Positions 27,123-36,234 of a stretch of 58,841 bases of DNA are shown in pieces; the stretch's first letter is position 1; each line of letters starts with the position of its first letter. Where the stretch lies: IMG/VR virus record IMGVR_UViG_3300023371_000069. One strand, 5' to 3'. Under the pieces are notes generated by a model, which had not been told where the DNA came from, did no database searches, and worked only from the letters and a program-made list of their open reading frames with translations. The position numbers and the translations under genes were made by a program. Source of the stretch: a virus (Duplodnaviria > Heunggongvirae > Uroviricota > Caudoviricetes).

Positions 27123-27177
27123 AATAATACAGGGTGAGGCCAAACCGAAAAACAATTTTAATAAAGGAGTATTTTAA

Positions 27178-27405
27178 ATGGAGAATATTATTAATGTAAA
27201 TGCGCTGAGAAAAGCGCTTGCTAGCGGCATGAGTTCTGCAACTATTCATGACTGGGTGGATGACACTATTGTTGCAATGGGATATTTTAATCAACATTAT
27301 AGCGATAATTATGTCGCAGTATCAAAAGAAAATATTGAAAAGGTTCAAAGAGAATTGGACCGATTAGAATGTAAAGTCTGCCAAATGTATTTTAAATATA
27401 TGTAA
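27178..27405 (+). CDS. hypothetical protein
   Basis: ATG has AAAGGAG upstream. A terminator hairpin lies at 27411-27437. Confidence 0.5.
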   Translation: MENIINVNALRKALASGMSSATIHDWVDDTIVAMGYFNQHYSDNYVAVSKENIEKVQRELDRLECKVCQMYFKYM

Positions 27406-27410
27406 AAAAA

Positions 27411-27437
27411 TAGACCCTCTGGTTTTCAGAGGGTCTA
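27411..27437 (+). terminator. rho-independent terminator
   Basis: TAGACCCTCTGGTTTTCAGAGGGTCTA. Confidence 0.65.
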
Positions 27438-27466
27438 TTGATTTTTATAAAAAAATATGATATAAT
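27438..27466 (+). promoter_or_regulatory. class 2 promoter cassette
   Basis: TTGATTtttataaaaaaatatgaTATAAT. Confidence 0.6.
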
Positions 27467-27515
27467 ATTTATAGAAAGTAAAGGATAAGAAAAGTTCAGA
27501 AAGGAATTGATATAT

Positions 27516-27824
27516 ATGGAAAATTTGAGAATTCTGGGTCTTGATGATGATAATCACTCTCCTTGCTTCCGCTGTGAGGATGGTACTGTGTTTAGTACCT
27601 GTAAGGAGCTGGTAGACTTCCTGTCTAAGCCTCACGATTGCCAGGTTGAAGTTAAGATGTTTGCCATCGTTGATGAATGGGAAGGCGGTCTGGCAGATTT
27701 TGAAGAGGAAGAAGTCAATTCTATGTTTGACTATATGACTGGTTATGGTCGTCTTCCCGAAAATATGATTGGCGATTTGATTTTTGAACTGTTTTGGAAT
27801 TCTGCCAATCGTCTGTGGTGGTAA
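27516..27824 (+). CDS. hypothetical protein
   Basis: ATG follows aaaggaattgatatat. Confidence 0.5.
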   Translation: MENLRILGLDDDNHSPCFRCEDGTVFSTCKELVDFLSKPHDCQVEVKMFAIVDEWEGGLADFEEEEVNSMFDYMTGYGRLPENMIGDLIFELFWNSANRLWW

Positions 27825-27833
27825 GGAGGAAGT

Positions 27834-28124
27834 ATGGCATATCAAAAAACTGCGAAAGACTTAGCCTGGGACAGAGAACGAGCTAAGCTACGTCACGAGG
27901 CTGAAGAGTGGCGTATGAAATATAATCAATCTCAAGCCATTATAGCTGCCCAGGAGCAGGAAATGTTGGCATATGAATGCGAAAATCAGAGTTTGCGGGA
28001 GGCCATTACTTATCTCACAGAGGGTGCGGCAACTCCCGATGAAGTTCTGGAGAAAATGAAAAAGCAATCTGAGCTGTGTGATATGATGAAATTCCTTGTA
28101 AATGGTACGAGGGGGATGTTCTAA
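27834..28124 (+). CDS. coiled-coil protein
   Basis: Track ORF. Confidence 0.45.
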   Translation: MAYQKTAKDLAWDRERAKLRHEAEEWRMKYNQSQAIIAAQEQEMLAYECENQSLREAITYLTEGAATPDEVLEKMKKQSELCDMMKFLVNGTRGMF

Positions 28125-28429
28125 TGTGGGAGACAGTCATTATCCCTATTGTTGTGGCGAGTATTCTTTTAGGTTCATTTCTTTTCGCTAAGCATATGGA
28201 TACAATTCGTATGCAGGCTTGGCTAGATAAGAAGATTATCATTGAGAAATGGATTAAATATCGCCGCATCAAAGACCAGTATGAGACTGGACATGATTTC
28301 ATTATCTCCATCGAGGAATTAAACGAAGCAGAACAAGATTTGCGGAAGACTGCTAAGTGGTATAATGATAAGTACCGTTTATACGGGTATTGTTGCCCGC
28401 CAGAACTGTTGTTTGATTTGGAGGATTAA
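28124..28429 (+). CDS. membrane-anchored protein
   Basis: Track ORF with an N-terminal transmembrane helix. Confidence 0.45.
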   Translation: MWETVIIPIVVASILLGSFLFAKHMDTIRMQAWLDKKIIIEKWIKYRRIKDQYETGHDFIISIEELNEAEQDLRKTAKWYNDKYRLYGYCCPPELLFDLED

Positions 28430-28430
28430 A

Positions 28431-28736
28431 ATGAAACGAATAATTGATAGACCTCAGATGTCTGACATGGGCAGCGGTTTTGGTCATATCGAAATTGAAC
28501 AAAATGCTGTTACGCTCGAAGAGGCTCTGAAGTGGCTTCGGGAAAATCAAAAAACTTGGGGAACAGTAACCATTTATCGTGGCTCTGATAATATTGTGCG
28601 TTGTTTTGATTACGACCTATATAATAATAATATCTTTTATCATCACTTAAATGGTTGGCAATATGGATATATTGTCAAAAAGATAGAGTTTAATTACTGT
28701 TTTATGGGTGAAGATATTGATATTTATGTGAAGTAA
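28431..28736 (+). CDS. hypothetical protein
   Basis: ATG has GGAGGA upstream. Confidence 0.45.
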   Translation: MKRIIDRPQMSDMGSGFGHIEIEQNAVTLEEALKWLRENQKTWGTVTIYRGSDNIVRCFDYDLYNNNIFYHHLNGWQYGYIVKKIEFNYCFMGEDIDIYVK

Positions 28737-28746
28737 GGAGGTTTCT

Positions 28747-29067
28747 ATGGTAATTGCAAAATGGTCTGGCGAATACCCTTGCCGTTGCTCTGGTGAGTGG
28801 TCACTCTTCATCGGAGGAGTGAATTATTCCCATATGATTCCAGAAGACCTGCGAACTTCTCATATGAACACTGCCGGCACTTATGAAGAGTGGTGGTTTG
28901 ATGACGATATGTGCGAACAGTTTGGAAACTACGAGGATGGTCTAGAATTTGAGGAGTGGGTTGCGGAGAATCCCTGGGTTCATGACCTGCCGGCTTCTTT
29001 GTTCGACATTTATTTGGCGTTTCAAGCCGAGGACTTCCGTCCTGGTGAATGTGGAGGGTGTATATAA
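28747..29067 (+). CDS. hypothetical protein
   Basis: Track ORF. Confidence 0.45.
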   Translation: MVIAKWSGEYPCRCSGEWSLFIGGVNYSHMIPEDLRTSHMNTAGTYEEWWFDDDMCEQFGNYEDGLEFEEWVAENPWVHDLPASLFDIYLAFQAEDFRPGECGGCI

Positions 29068-29366
29068 TGAAATATAAAACCGTTCCCTGTTTTTGGGTTG
29101 GAGATTTAGAAAATGCTCTTGAAGCTCAATATGGACCTGAATTCATCCAGGAGATTCGAGCAAAGCACAATGGTATTCGTCGTTTAATGTTTGATAATTT
29201 CTACATGAACGATGTGTGCTGCAAATATTACATTGACGAGCTTGATGAATATGAGGGTCATTCTTGGCAGGATGAAGCCCACATCCGTCTGGAAAATTGC
29301 ATCAAGACTTTTCTGCGGGATATGTTTCCTGAGTACGACTATGTGGTCGTTGATGTAATGTGGTAA
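29067..29366 (+). CDS. hypothetical protein
   Basis: ATG has GGAGGG upstream. Confidence 0.45.
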   Translation: MKYKTVPCFWVGDLENALEAQYGPEFIQEIRAKHNGIRRLMFDNFYMNDVCCKYYIDELDEYEGHSWQDEAHIRLENCIKTFLRDMFPEYDYVVVDVMW

Positions 29367-29371
29367 AGATA

Positions 29372-29400
29372 AGAAGCCTACTAGATGCTAGTAGGCTTCT
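29372..29400 (+). terminator. rho-independent terminator
   Basis: AGAAGCCTACTAGATGCTAGTAGGCTTCT hairpin followed by TTGATTTTT. Confidence 0.65.
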
Positions 29401-29429
29401 TTGATTTTTATAAAAAAATATGATATAAT
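29401..29429 (+). promoter_or_regulatory. class 2 promoter cassette
   Basis: Cassette consensus. Confidence 0.6.
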
Positions 29430-29465
29430 ATATATAGAAAGTGAAAGAGAAAGGAAATGATAAAT

Positions 29466-29648
29466 ATGGTATGGAGTTGGCAGTATGTAGCAACTTTTGT
29501 TGAGAGAGATTTCGGTGCTTACGTGGACTGGGATGAAGAGTTCTTCGAGTGCCCCGAATGTGGCGAGCCTATTTACAAGTGTGATTATCCCTATATCAGC
29601 GTCGGTATGATTTGCCCCGTCTGTGAAGCTATGATTGAGGAGGAATAA
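29466..29648 (+). CDS. small Zn-ribbon protein
   Basis: CPECGEP..CPVC motifs. Confidence 0.45.
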   Translation: MVWSWQYVATFVERDFGAYVDWDEEFFECPECGEPIYKCDYPYISVGMICPVCEAMIEEE

Positions 29649-29649
29649 T

Positions 29650-30366
29650 ATGGTAGCAAAATCTTTTCAGAGTATGAAACAGTTGGGCGAGCCTTTCTGC
29701 GAAAAAGGTAAGATGTATGTAAATGTTCAGAATGAAAAGTCCGGCACTGTTCGTAAGGTTCGTTGGTATACTGAAGCTGAGTACGCTAAAATGTATGGCG
29801 AAAAAGTAGATGCTCCTGCAAAAGTTTTCAAGACTCAGAAGCAGGTTCTCGGCTTTGAGAATGGCTATGTAACTATCTTCAAGGGTGATACATATGCTAA
29901 CCTGGAATGGTTCCAGAAGTCCATCGCAAGATACTGTAAGTGGTGGGGCTGGTACATTGTATCTACTGAAGCAGTTCCTTTCGACCTGCCTGCTGGCCTT
30001 GAGCCTATTGAGCTAAAGTGGGAACTGGTTGGTGAAGAAGAAGGTTGTCTGAAGCCTGATGCAGATGTTAAGTCTGCGGTTGAGTCTATCCTGTATGACA
30101 AGGGCGATTCTACTTTCCAGGGCACTGTAGGTGAAAGACTTGACCTTGAGGTCGAAGTTATCGTTGCTCATAAGCGTGATGGCTACTATGGTGAGCAGAC
30201 TATTCACTATATGGTTGATGCTGCTGGCAATCAGTATCTGTGGAGCACTGCTTCCAAGAGTTGGGAAGTTGGCGATAAGCGTCATATTAAGGGTACTGTA
30301 AAAGACCATAAGGTCATTCGCAATGTGGAAACTACTGTCCTTACTCGCTGTTCTTTGGTGAAGTAA
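29650..30366 (+). CDS. hypothetical protein (possible ssDNA-binding/OB-fold protein)
   Basis: ATG has GAGGAGG upstream. Function unclear. Confidence 0.4.
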   Translation: MVAKSFQSMKQLGEPFCEKGKMYVNVQNEKSGTVRKVRWYTEAEYAKMYGEKVDAPAKVFKTQKQVLGFENGYVTIFKGDTYANLEWFQKSIARYCKWWGWYIVSTEAVPFDLPAGLEPIELKWELVGEEEGCLKPDADVKSAVESILYDKGDSTFQGTVGERLDLEVEVIVAHKRDGYYGEQTIHYMVDAAGNQYLWSTASKSWEVGDKRHIKGTVKDHKVIRNVETTVLTRCSLVK

Positions 30367-30399
30367 GGACAGCCAGCCACCTGGCGAAAAGAGTTCTCT

Positions 30400-30428
30400 T
30401 TGATTTTTATAAAAAAATATGATATAAT
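30400..30428 (+). promoter_or_regulatory. class 2 promoter cassette
   Basis: Cassette consensus, followed by the ACAGCAA motif. Confidence 0.6.
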
Positions 30429-30470
30429 ATATATGTAAGATAAAGAAAGACATTAACAGCAATTTCAATT

Positions 30471-30560
30471 TGCCTGTCACGCCGGGGGTTGCAGGTTCGA
30501 GTCCTGCCTGGGTCGCCACATGGCCCAGTAGCTCAACTGGTTAGAGCGACGTTATGTAAT
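30471..30560 (+). other. permuted tRNA-like element: 3' part (anticodon loop CTGTCAC, T-arm, acceptor 3' strand, CCA) placed directly upstream of a matching 5' part (acceptor 5' strand and D-arm)
   Basis: GCAGGTTCGAGTCCTGC T-arm, then CTGGGTCGCCA. 4 nt later comes GGCCCAGTAGCTCAACTGGTTAGAGC. The acceptor strands are complementary. Confidence 0.4.
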
Positions 30561-30716
30561 ATGTCTTGTATCTTGACCGACAGCAGATGGAGTCGTAAAA
30601 CTGGCTAGTGAGGTTGTGGGCAGGTAATCCAAAATGACAAAACCTATCCCCCTGGGAGTTTGCGGTCTCGCCAGAATAATATCCAAAACCGCATCACATT
30701 TGAAAGGATTGATACT

Positions 30717-30986
30717 ATGTGTAAGAATGTAGATTTCATTGATATGTCTTGGGACGAGCTGGAGGCTCTGGAAAAGGCTATCCACTTTGAAAAGATGCAT
30801 CGTAAGGAAAAGCGTTTCAATGAGCTGGCGAAGGCTGCGGCCGAGGCTCTGACTGCTCTGAAAGATGAGTATCCTTATGTGGAGCTGACTTTCGAAGCTC
30901 ATTGCGAAGACTGCGGCGAAAGCACCGAAGTAAACCTGTTTGATTACTTCAAACACTTCGGAGCGGGTCATTTCTCTATGGGGTAA
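30717..30986 (+). CDS. hypothetical protein
   Basis: ATG follows aaaggattgatact. Confidence 0.45.
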   Translation: MCKNVDFIDMSWDELEALEKAIHFEKMHRKEKRFNELAKAAAEALTALKDEYPYVELTFEAHCEDCGESTEVNLFDYFKHFGAGHFSMG

Positions 30987-31315
30987 TGCGTATGAGTTGG
31001 TTTTGTGATGCTCATCGCGCTGAGCATAATGAGTGCGACCACAATAATCACGGCGTTCACAGCCATTGTGAATTTGGTCTGTTTGCACCGGACAGACATA
31101 CTTCAATAAACAATCTGGCATTTTCTGCCTACGCATATCATCAGACTTGCATTGATGATTATGTTGAAAGGCTTGCGGCAGCTGATGACCCGAATGACAG
31201 TGCAACGCAGGCAAATCTGCTATATGCGGTAGGTCTAAGTCCAGATGCTTTGACCTCCGATGATATAGAATATATCGAGAGAGAGGTAAGTAAAAGATAT
31301 GCCGACAGGTTCTAA
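30986..31315 (+). CDS. His/Cys-rich hypothetical protein
   Basis: Track ORF. Confidence 0.45.
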   Translation: MRMSWFCDAHRAEHNECDHNNHGVHSHCEFGLFAPDRHTSINNLAFSAYAYHQTCIDDYVERLAAADDPNDSATQANLLYAVGLSPDALTSDDIEYIEREVSKRYADRF

Positions 31316-32588
31316 ACTCTATATGAGTTGGTGGGATTTTTGTGGCTATCTATCAGATTTTGAAGATTTCGTCTATGATGGTGTGTTTCATAAGATGGAT
31401 TACCATATGTGGCGAAAGCTGAAATACAGCAGAGATAATGAAACTCAAGTTATCATTGAAAAGTGCGGCGATTCCTTTGTCGTGATTATTGGTCACGAAG
31501 ATGAATATCATCGCTTTTGTCGTGGTGATGAAAGTTTTGGCGACTTTCTGTTTGAAAATCTGATTGATGTCAAGGAATATGACCACGACTGGAATTATTA
31601 TAATATGCCTTTGAGTAATGAACTCGAGGTGCCTATTGATGCAACGGTACAATGCACCTCCAGTAGTGTATATCCTGTTAAGAATTATAAACTGGATATT
31701 GCAGCCATTGAGTCTGCAAAAAATATCGCTATTGATTGCGGCGAGGCTCTAAAGCATTCTTTGGCAATCACAAAAGATAAGCTGGCAGACATTGGTATTT
31801 CTGCTATTGCGGCAGATACCGGTCCCACACTTTCTTGCGTAATCGACACCAAGGTCGATAAAGCAGAGTTTGATAAAAGACTGGACGACTTGACCTCCAA
31901 GGTTGAGAATGTCTTGAATAAATATGAAAATAAAAAGGAGAATTCTACTATGAAGGGTTTCAATTTTGACTTCGGTCCTATGAATAACAATGTCGTCCGT
32001 ATGTCTGTTTACGGTATGGCTGTGAAAAATAAGGTCGGTACTTGGGTGTCTTATGATGCCAAGGCTGGCGAGATTATGGACGTCGATGTGTTCAACTTCG
32101 AGGGTTCCAAGTTCATGTATAAGATGCCTGTGGCTATCAATGATGTTGCTGTTGGCGATATCATCGTTCATATGAGCGTTCCTATGTTCGTTGTTGGCAA
32201 GGCTGAGGACGGTAAGGCTGTCGTTGCAGTCGACCCTGTTTCTGGCGAGCGTAAGGAGATTATGCTGACTAAGAGCCCCTTCGGCTTCAATTTCGTTACC
32301 AAGGTTGTCAACTTCCTGGGCAATGCTTTCAATGCAGATGCCAATAATCCCTTTGGTAATCTGGGTCTGATGATGATGCTGTCTGAGGATGGCAATGGTG
32401 TGAAGGATATGCTGCCTCTGATGCTGATGGCTAATGGTGGCAACATCGATATGTCCAACCCTCTGATGATGTATGCTCTGATGAGCGGTGACAGTAAGAT
32501 GGGTGATATGCTTCCCTTTATGCTGATGATGAACGCTAATAAGCCCGCTGGTGCTCATGAGTGCCACTGCGGTGAGCATCACGAGTAA
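31299..32588 (+). CDS. hypothetical protein with a Met-rich C-terminal region and HECHCGEHHE tail
   Basis: Track ORF of 429 aa. Confidence 0.5.
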   Translation: MPTGSKLYMSWWDFCGYLSDFEDFVYDGVFHKMDYHMWRKLKYSRDNETQVIIEKCGDSFVVIIGHEDEYHRFCRGDESFGDFLFENLIDVKEYDHDWNYYNMPLSNELEVPIDATVQCTSSSVYPVKNYKLDIAAIESAKNIAIDCGEALKHSLAITKDKLADIGISAIAADTGPTLSCVIDTKVDKAEFDKRLDDLTSKVENVLNKYENKKENSTMKGFNFDFGPMNNNVVRMSVYGMAVKNKVGTWVSYDAKAGEIMDVDVFNFEGSKFMYKMPVAINDVAVGDIIVHMSVPMFVVGKAEDGKAVVAVDPVSGERKEIMLTKSPFGFNFVTKVVNFLGNAFNADANNPFGNLGLMMMLSEDGNGVKDMLPLMLMANGGNIDMSNPLMMYALMSGDSKMGDMLPFMLMMNANKPAGAHECHCGEHHE

Positions 32589-32628
32589 GGAGCCTTAGGG
32601 CTCCCCTCGTGGGAGATAAAAATCTTTC

Positions 32629-32657
32629 TTGATTTTTTATAAAAAATATGTTATAAT
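32629..32657 (+). promoter_or_regulatory. class 2 promoter cassette
   Basis: Cassette consensus, preceded by the GGAGCCTTAGGGCTCC hairpin. Confidence 0.6.
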
Positions 32658-32696
32658 ATATATGTAAGATAAAGAAAGAGATGAGAGGTAGCCGAT

Positions 32697-34412
32697 ATGA
32701 GTATATTTGAAAGGCTCCCGGACGAAGATAAGTCACAATTTAAGTCTTATATTTCTCACTACGGTGATGAAGGTAACGGAACTCTTCCGTTAGACAAAAT
32801 GGGATATTTCCTTCGTTTTTGGGACGAAAATAAAGAACCGTTCTTCCGGGCGTTCGGAGAGCAGTTTATCGTAAAAAAGGAAGTTCGTTTAGTTAAGCCA
32901 AAAGATGAACTGTCCAATGATATGTATTCCGCTTTAAACAACGGACACCAGATGATTCGTAACTTTATTTCTGCCTATAAGGATGCTGCTCGACATATCG
33001 GCAACGAGATGGGCGATATTGATATGACTTATCGCCTCAAGTCCTTTGTTGAAGATTGGGATATGTTGGTTGACAATATTTATCCCGGTCCTGGTTTCAC
33101 AATCCCTGGCAAGTTTACTAAGGATGGACGACCTCTTGTGGTTAATGCTAACTGCAAAGCTGTTAAAATGCTTGGTAAGATTGCGGCGGCTCTTAATGTA
33201 GAACTCCCCATCATGTACTGCAGCGGTTGTGGCTGCTACTACACTGATGGCGAAACAGAGTGCTGCGGGCCGTTAGAAAAGTCTTCTGGATATGAGCTGT
33301 TCCGACAGGCACATTCTCAAGTTCTAAACCAGAAGCAGATTAAAGGTAATCTTTGCCTGTCTATTCACCCGCTTGATTTTATCACTATGAGTGATAACAA
33401 CTGCGGCTGGACCTCTTGTATGAGCTGGATGGACGAACCTGGCGATTACAGACTGGGAACCATCGAAATGATGAACTCTCCTTGTGTCATCGTGGCATAT
33501 GTTGAGTCCAAGGAGCCTATGTGGACTCCCGGCGGTAACTGGAATAGTAAGCGTTGGCGTCAGCTTTACATCGTAACAAGAGAAGTCATTCTTGGAAATC
33601 GTCAGTATCCTTACATCAGCGATGATTTGCAGGGTGTAGCGATTAGATGGATTCGAGATTTGATGACTCAGATTCCGGGATATGGACCTTATCCCGAAGA
33701 AACTATTCAGCTGAAAAATGACAGCTGGAACACTGTCAAGGATAAACACATTCGTTTCAACTTCTACTGTAATTATATGTACAATGATGTCTATGATTAT
33801 CGTTTAGCATATGTGGCAGACCAGAAGATTGAAGATGATGACCATTATTCTTGCAACTTCTCTGGACCTGCAGTTTGCACTGGCTGCGGCGATATTATTG
33901 AGCTTGACGAGGTCGATGCTCATGTTGTACAGTGCAGAGCGTGTGACGGACACTGGCGTTGCGATTTCTGCGGCGACTGGCACAGCTCATATGATGAGTC
34001 CTATACAGTTGACGACGATTATATCGCCTGCGACTGGTGTTACCACAATGAACTGAGTGAATGTGAGGTTTGCGGCGACCATCATAGAAATGATTGCGTT
34101 GCACACATTTATCTTCAGTTTGCAGATACTGAAAACGAAGAAATTCGTGATGGATTTAATTACAACTTCTATGTATCTATCTGTGAAGATTGTTTGAACC
34201 ATCCGGAAGAGTATGAACCTCTATTCGGTCAGTTGTATGATGTTAGAGATAGCTGGGGTAATAGACGCCAAGCATTTGACATCCGCAATGTTACTGAGGA
34301 CGGCTTCAATGCCGGCAATTTGAGTCGACGCACCATCGAGTGGCTAAAGCAAATGCAAGCCACAAAGAGCGATGAAGAGCGTATTGACCTACTCGGGAAA
34401 ATCGTCTATTGA
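32697..34412 (+). CDS. large Cys-rich protein (multi-Zn-finger C-terminus), paralogue of 38033..39439
   Basis: 571 aa. The N-terminal half aligns with 38033..39439 (..IKGNLCLSIHPLDF..), and the C-terminus has many CxxC pairs. Confidence 0.5.
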   Translation: MSIFERLPDEDKSQFKSYISHYGDEGNGTLPLDKMGYFLRFWDENKEPFFRAFGEQFIVKKEVRLVKPKDELSNDMYSALNNGHQMIRNFISAYKDAARHIGNEMGDIDMTYRLKSFVEDWDMLVDNIYPGPGFTIPGKFTKDGRPLVVNANCKAVKMLGKIAAALNVELPIMYCSGCGCYYTDGETECCGPLEKSSGYELFRQAHSQVLNQKQIKGNLCLSIHPLDFITMSDNNCGWTSCMSWMDEPGDYRLGTIEMMNSPCVIVAYVESKEPMWTPGGNWNSKRWRQLYIVTREVILGNRQYPYISDDLQGVAIRWIRDLMTQIPGYGPYPEETIQLKNDSWNTVKDKHIRFNFYCNYMYNDVYDYRLAYVADQKIEDDDHYSCNFSGPAVCTGCGDIIELDEVDAHVVQCRACDGHWRCDFCGDWHSSYDESYTVDDDYIACDWCYHNELSECEVCGDHHRNDCVAHIYLQFADTENEEIRDGFNYNFYVSICEDCLNHPEEYEPLFGQLYDVRDSWGNRRQAFDIRNVTEDGFNAGNLSRRTIEWLKQMQATKSDEERIDLLGKIVY

Positions 34413-34437
34413 TTTTTTCAAAAAAATATGATATAAT
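34409..34437 (+). promoter_or_regulatory. class 2 promoter cassette
   Basis: Cassette consensus. Confidence 0.6.
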
Positions 34438-34505
34438 ATATATGTAAGGTAAAGAAAGAAAGCCTTACGAAATAAATAAATTTTTGAAAGGTATAGGTGC
34501 AAATT

Positions 34506-34910
34506 ATGGAAAAGATTACTAAGAGAGAGATGTTCGAGGCTATCAAGGAGACTTTCGAGACTGGTTCTTGCAAGTTCGATGCTGCCACTGTGATGGCATT
34601 CTGCGACAAGGAGATTGCTTCCTTGGATTCCAAGGCTGCTAAGGCTAAGGAGCGTGCCGCTGCTAAGAAGGCTGAGGCCGATGTTCTCATGGACCAGGTC
34701 CGTGACGCTTTGACTGGCGAGTTCCAGACTATCGCTGACATCGCCGCTGCTGTTGCTGAGGTCAACGCAGACGCTACTGTGTCTAAGGTTACTTACCGCT
34801 TGACTAAGCTGGTTGAGGCTGGTGACGCAGAGAAGACTGATGTCACTGTTCCTGGCGTTGATGGCGCCAAGGCTCGTAAGGTAAAGGCTTTCCGCGCAGT
34901 GGAAGCCTGA
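34506..34910 (+). CDS. Ala/Lys-rich acidic protein
   Basis: ATG at 34506, in frame within track ORF 34497..34910. Confidence 0.45.
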   Translation: MEKITKREMFEAIKETFETGSCKFDAATVMAFCDKEIASLDSKAAKAKERAAAKKAEADVLMDQVRDALTGEFQTIADIAAAVAEVNADATVSKVTYRLTKLVEAGDAEKTDVTVPGVDGAKARKVKAFRAVEA

Positions 34911-34982
34911 GCCTAACTCAGATAGCTTAATTCACGGGGGCGGGACTTCCGCCCCCATTCTTTTTGAGAGAGGAGGAGTATT

Positions 34983-36065
34983 ATGTTAAGCGAATTTATG
35001 TTAAAAGTGAGAGACTTGCACGAGGAAATCAGACAGGTAGCTGAACTTCTGAAACCTCAAGAGATGAAAGACCGTATGGCTTATCTCGAAGCTAAGTTCA
35101 ACCACTCAACCTGGAATGAAATTCCAGAAGAGGAGCTGAAGGAATACTCTCGCCTCAAAAAGAAATATGATTTATATTTCGGTATCTGGAATATGTATGA
35201 TGACCTTAAAACTTTAACTGAGTATGCAATAGAGGAAGGCGAAGTCAACTATTTGCATGAATTTGAGATGGATTATAATTACCTCGTCGAGGAAATCCAA
35301 AAGCTCAAGTTAGAGTTAATGTTCACAGGTAAGTACGATTCCTGCAACGCCATTTTAAATATTCATTCTGGTGCCGGTGGTAAAGAAGCACAAGACTGGA
35401 CCAGAATGTTACTTCAGATGTATGCGGCCTGGGCTAGTAATCATGATTTTCAATTCAATATTTTGGATTGGCAAGATGGTGAAGATAGCTCAGTCGTGAA
35501 AAGTGTTTCGGTAGAAATCAGAGGAGAGAATGTATACGGCTTGCTGAACGCTGAGAATGGCGTCCATCGTTTGGTTCGCGTTTCTCCCTTTGATTCTCAA
35601 AATAGACGCCATACTTCATTCGCAGCAGTCGAAGTAATGCCTGAAATCGAGGCAGATAACTCTGTGGAACTCGATATGAAAGATGTTAGAGTTGATACTT
35701 TCCGTTCAAGCGGAAAAGGCGGTCAGCACGTCAATAAGACTGAATCTGCGATTAGATTAACACATATTCCTACTGGCATTGTGGTGGGGTGCCAGCAAGA
35801 GCGAAGTCAACATCAGAACAAAGAAAAAGCCATGAAGATGCTTATCTCAAGGCTGGTTGCTATTAAAGAAAAAGAACACTATGACAACTTGTCTGAAATT
35901 CAGGGCGAGCAGAGTCGAATCGAATGGGGCAACCAAATTCGTTCTTATGTCTTTATGCCATATCAAATGGTTAAAGACCACAGGACTAACCACCAAACTT
36001 CTAATATTGACGCAGTGATGCGTGGAGATATAGATGAATTCATTTTCAAGAGTCTCGCTGAATAA
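34983..36065 (+). CDS. prfB: peptide chain release factor 2 homologue
   Basis: RF2 'anticodon' motif SPF (RVSPFDSQNRRHTSFA). GGQ catalytic motif (RSSGKGGQHVNKTESAIRLTHIPTGIV). About 360 aa. SD GAGGAGG. Confidence 0.85.
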   Translation: MLSEFMLKVRDLHEEIRQVAELLKPQEMKDRMAYLEAKFNHSTWNEIPEEELKEYSRLKKKYDLYFGIWNMYDDLKTLTEYAIEEGEVNYLHEFEMDYNYLVEEIQKLKLELMFTGKYDSCNAILNIHSGAGGKEAQDWTRMLLQMYAAWASNHDFQFNILDWQDGEDSSVVKSVSVEIRGENVYGLLNAENGVHRLVRVSPFDSQNRRHTSFAAVEVMPEIEADNSVELDMKDVRVDTFRSSGKGGQHVNKTESAIRLTHIPTGIVVGCQQERSQHQNKEKAMKMLISRLVAIKEKEHYDNLSEIQGEQSRIEWGNQIRSYVFMPYQMVKDHRTNHQTSNIDAVMRGDIDEFIFKSLAE

Positions 36066-36184
36066 GCGAGGCTCTTTTTTTGTTTTGAAACCAATGTTTC
36101 ATGAACCTGCTCCGGCCGGCATGGGGTGTGGGGACCGACAAGCCCAAAACGAAAAGGCCTCCAACTAATTTTTTGAGCGAATGG

Positions 36185-36213
36185 TTGATAAACATGAAAA
36201 AATTTTGTATAAT
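36185..36213 (+). promoter_or_regulatory. sigma70-like promoter
   Basis: TTGATAaacatgaaaaaatttTGTATAAT. Confidence 0.5.
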
Positions 36214-36234
36214 ATATTATAAAGGAGTGATTAT

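Noticed and set aside
30471-30560. Interpreting the permuted T-arm/acceptor plus D-arm elements as two-piece (permuted) tmRNA genes
   Set aside because: Five independent copies with different acceptor sequences are present. They have full D-arms and, in some, complete anticodon arms. No tag-peptide reading frame or pseudoknot region follows. tmRNA is therefore unlikely, though not formally excluded.
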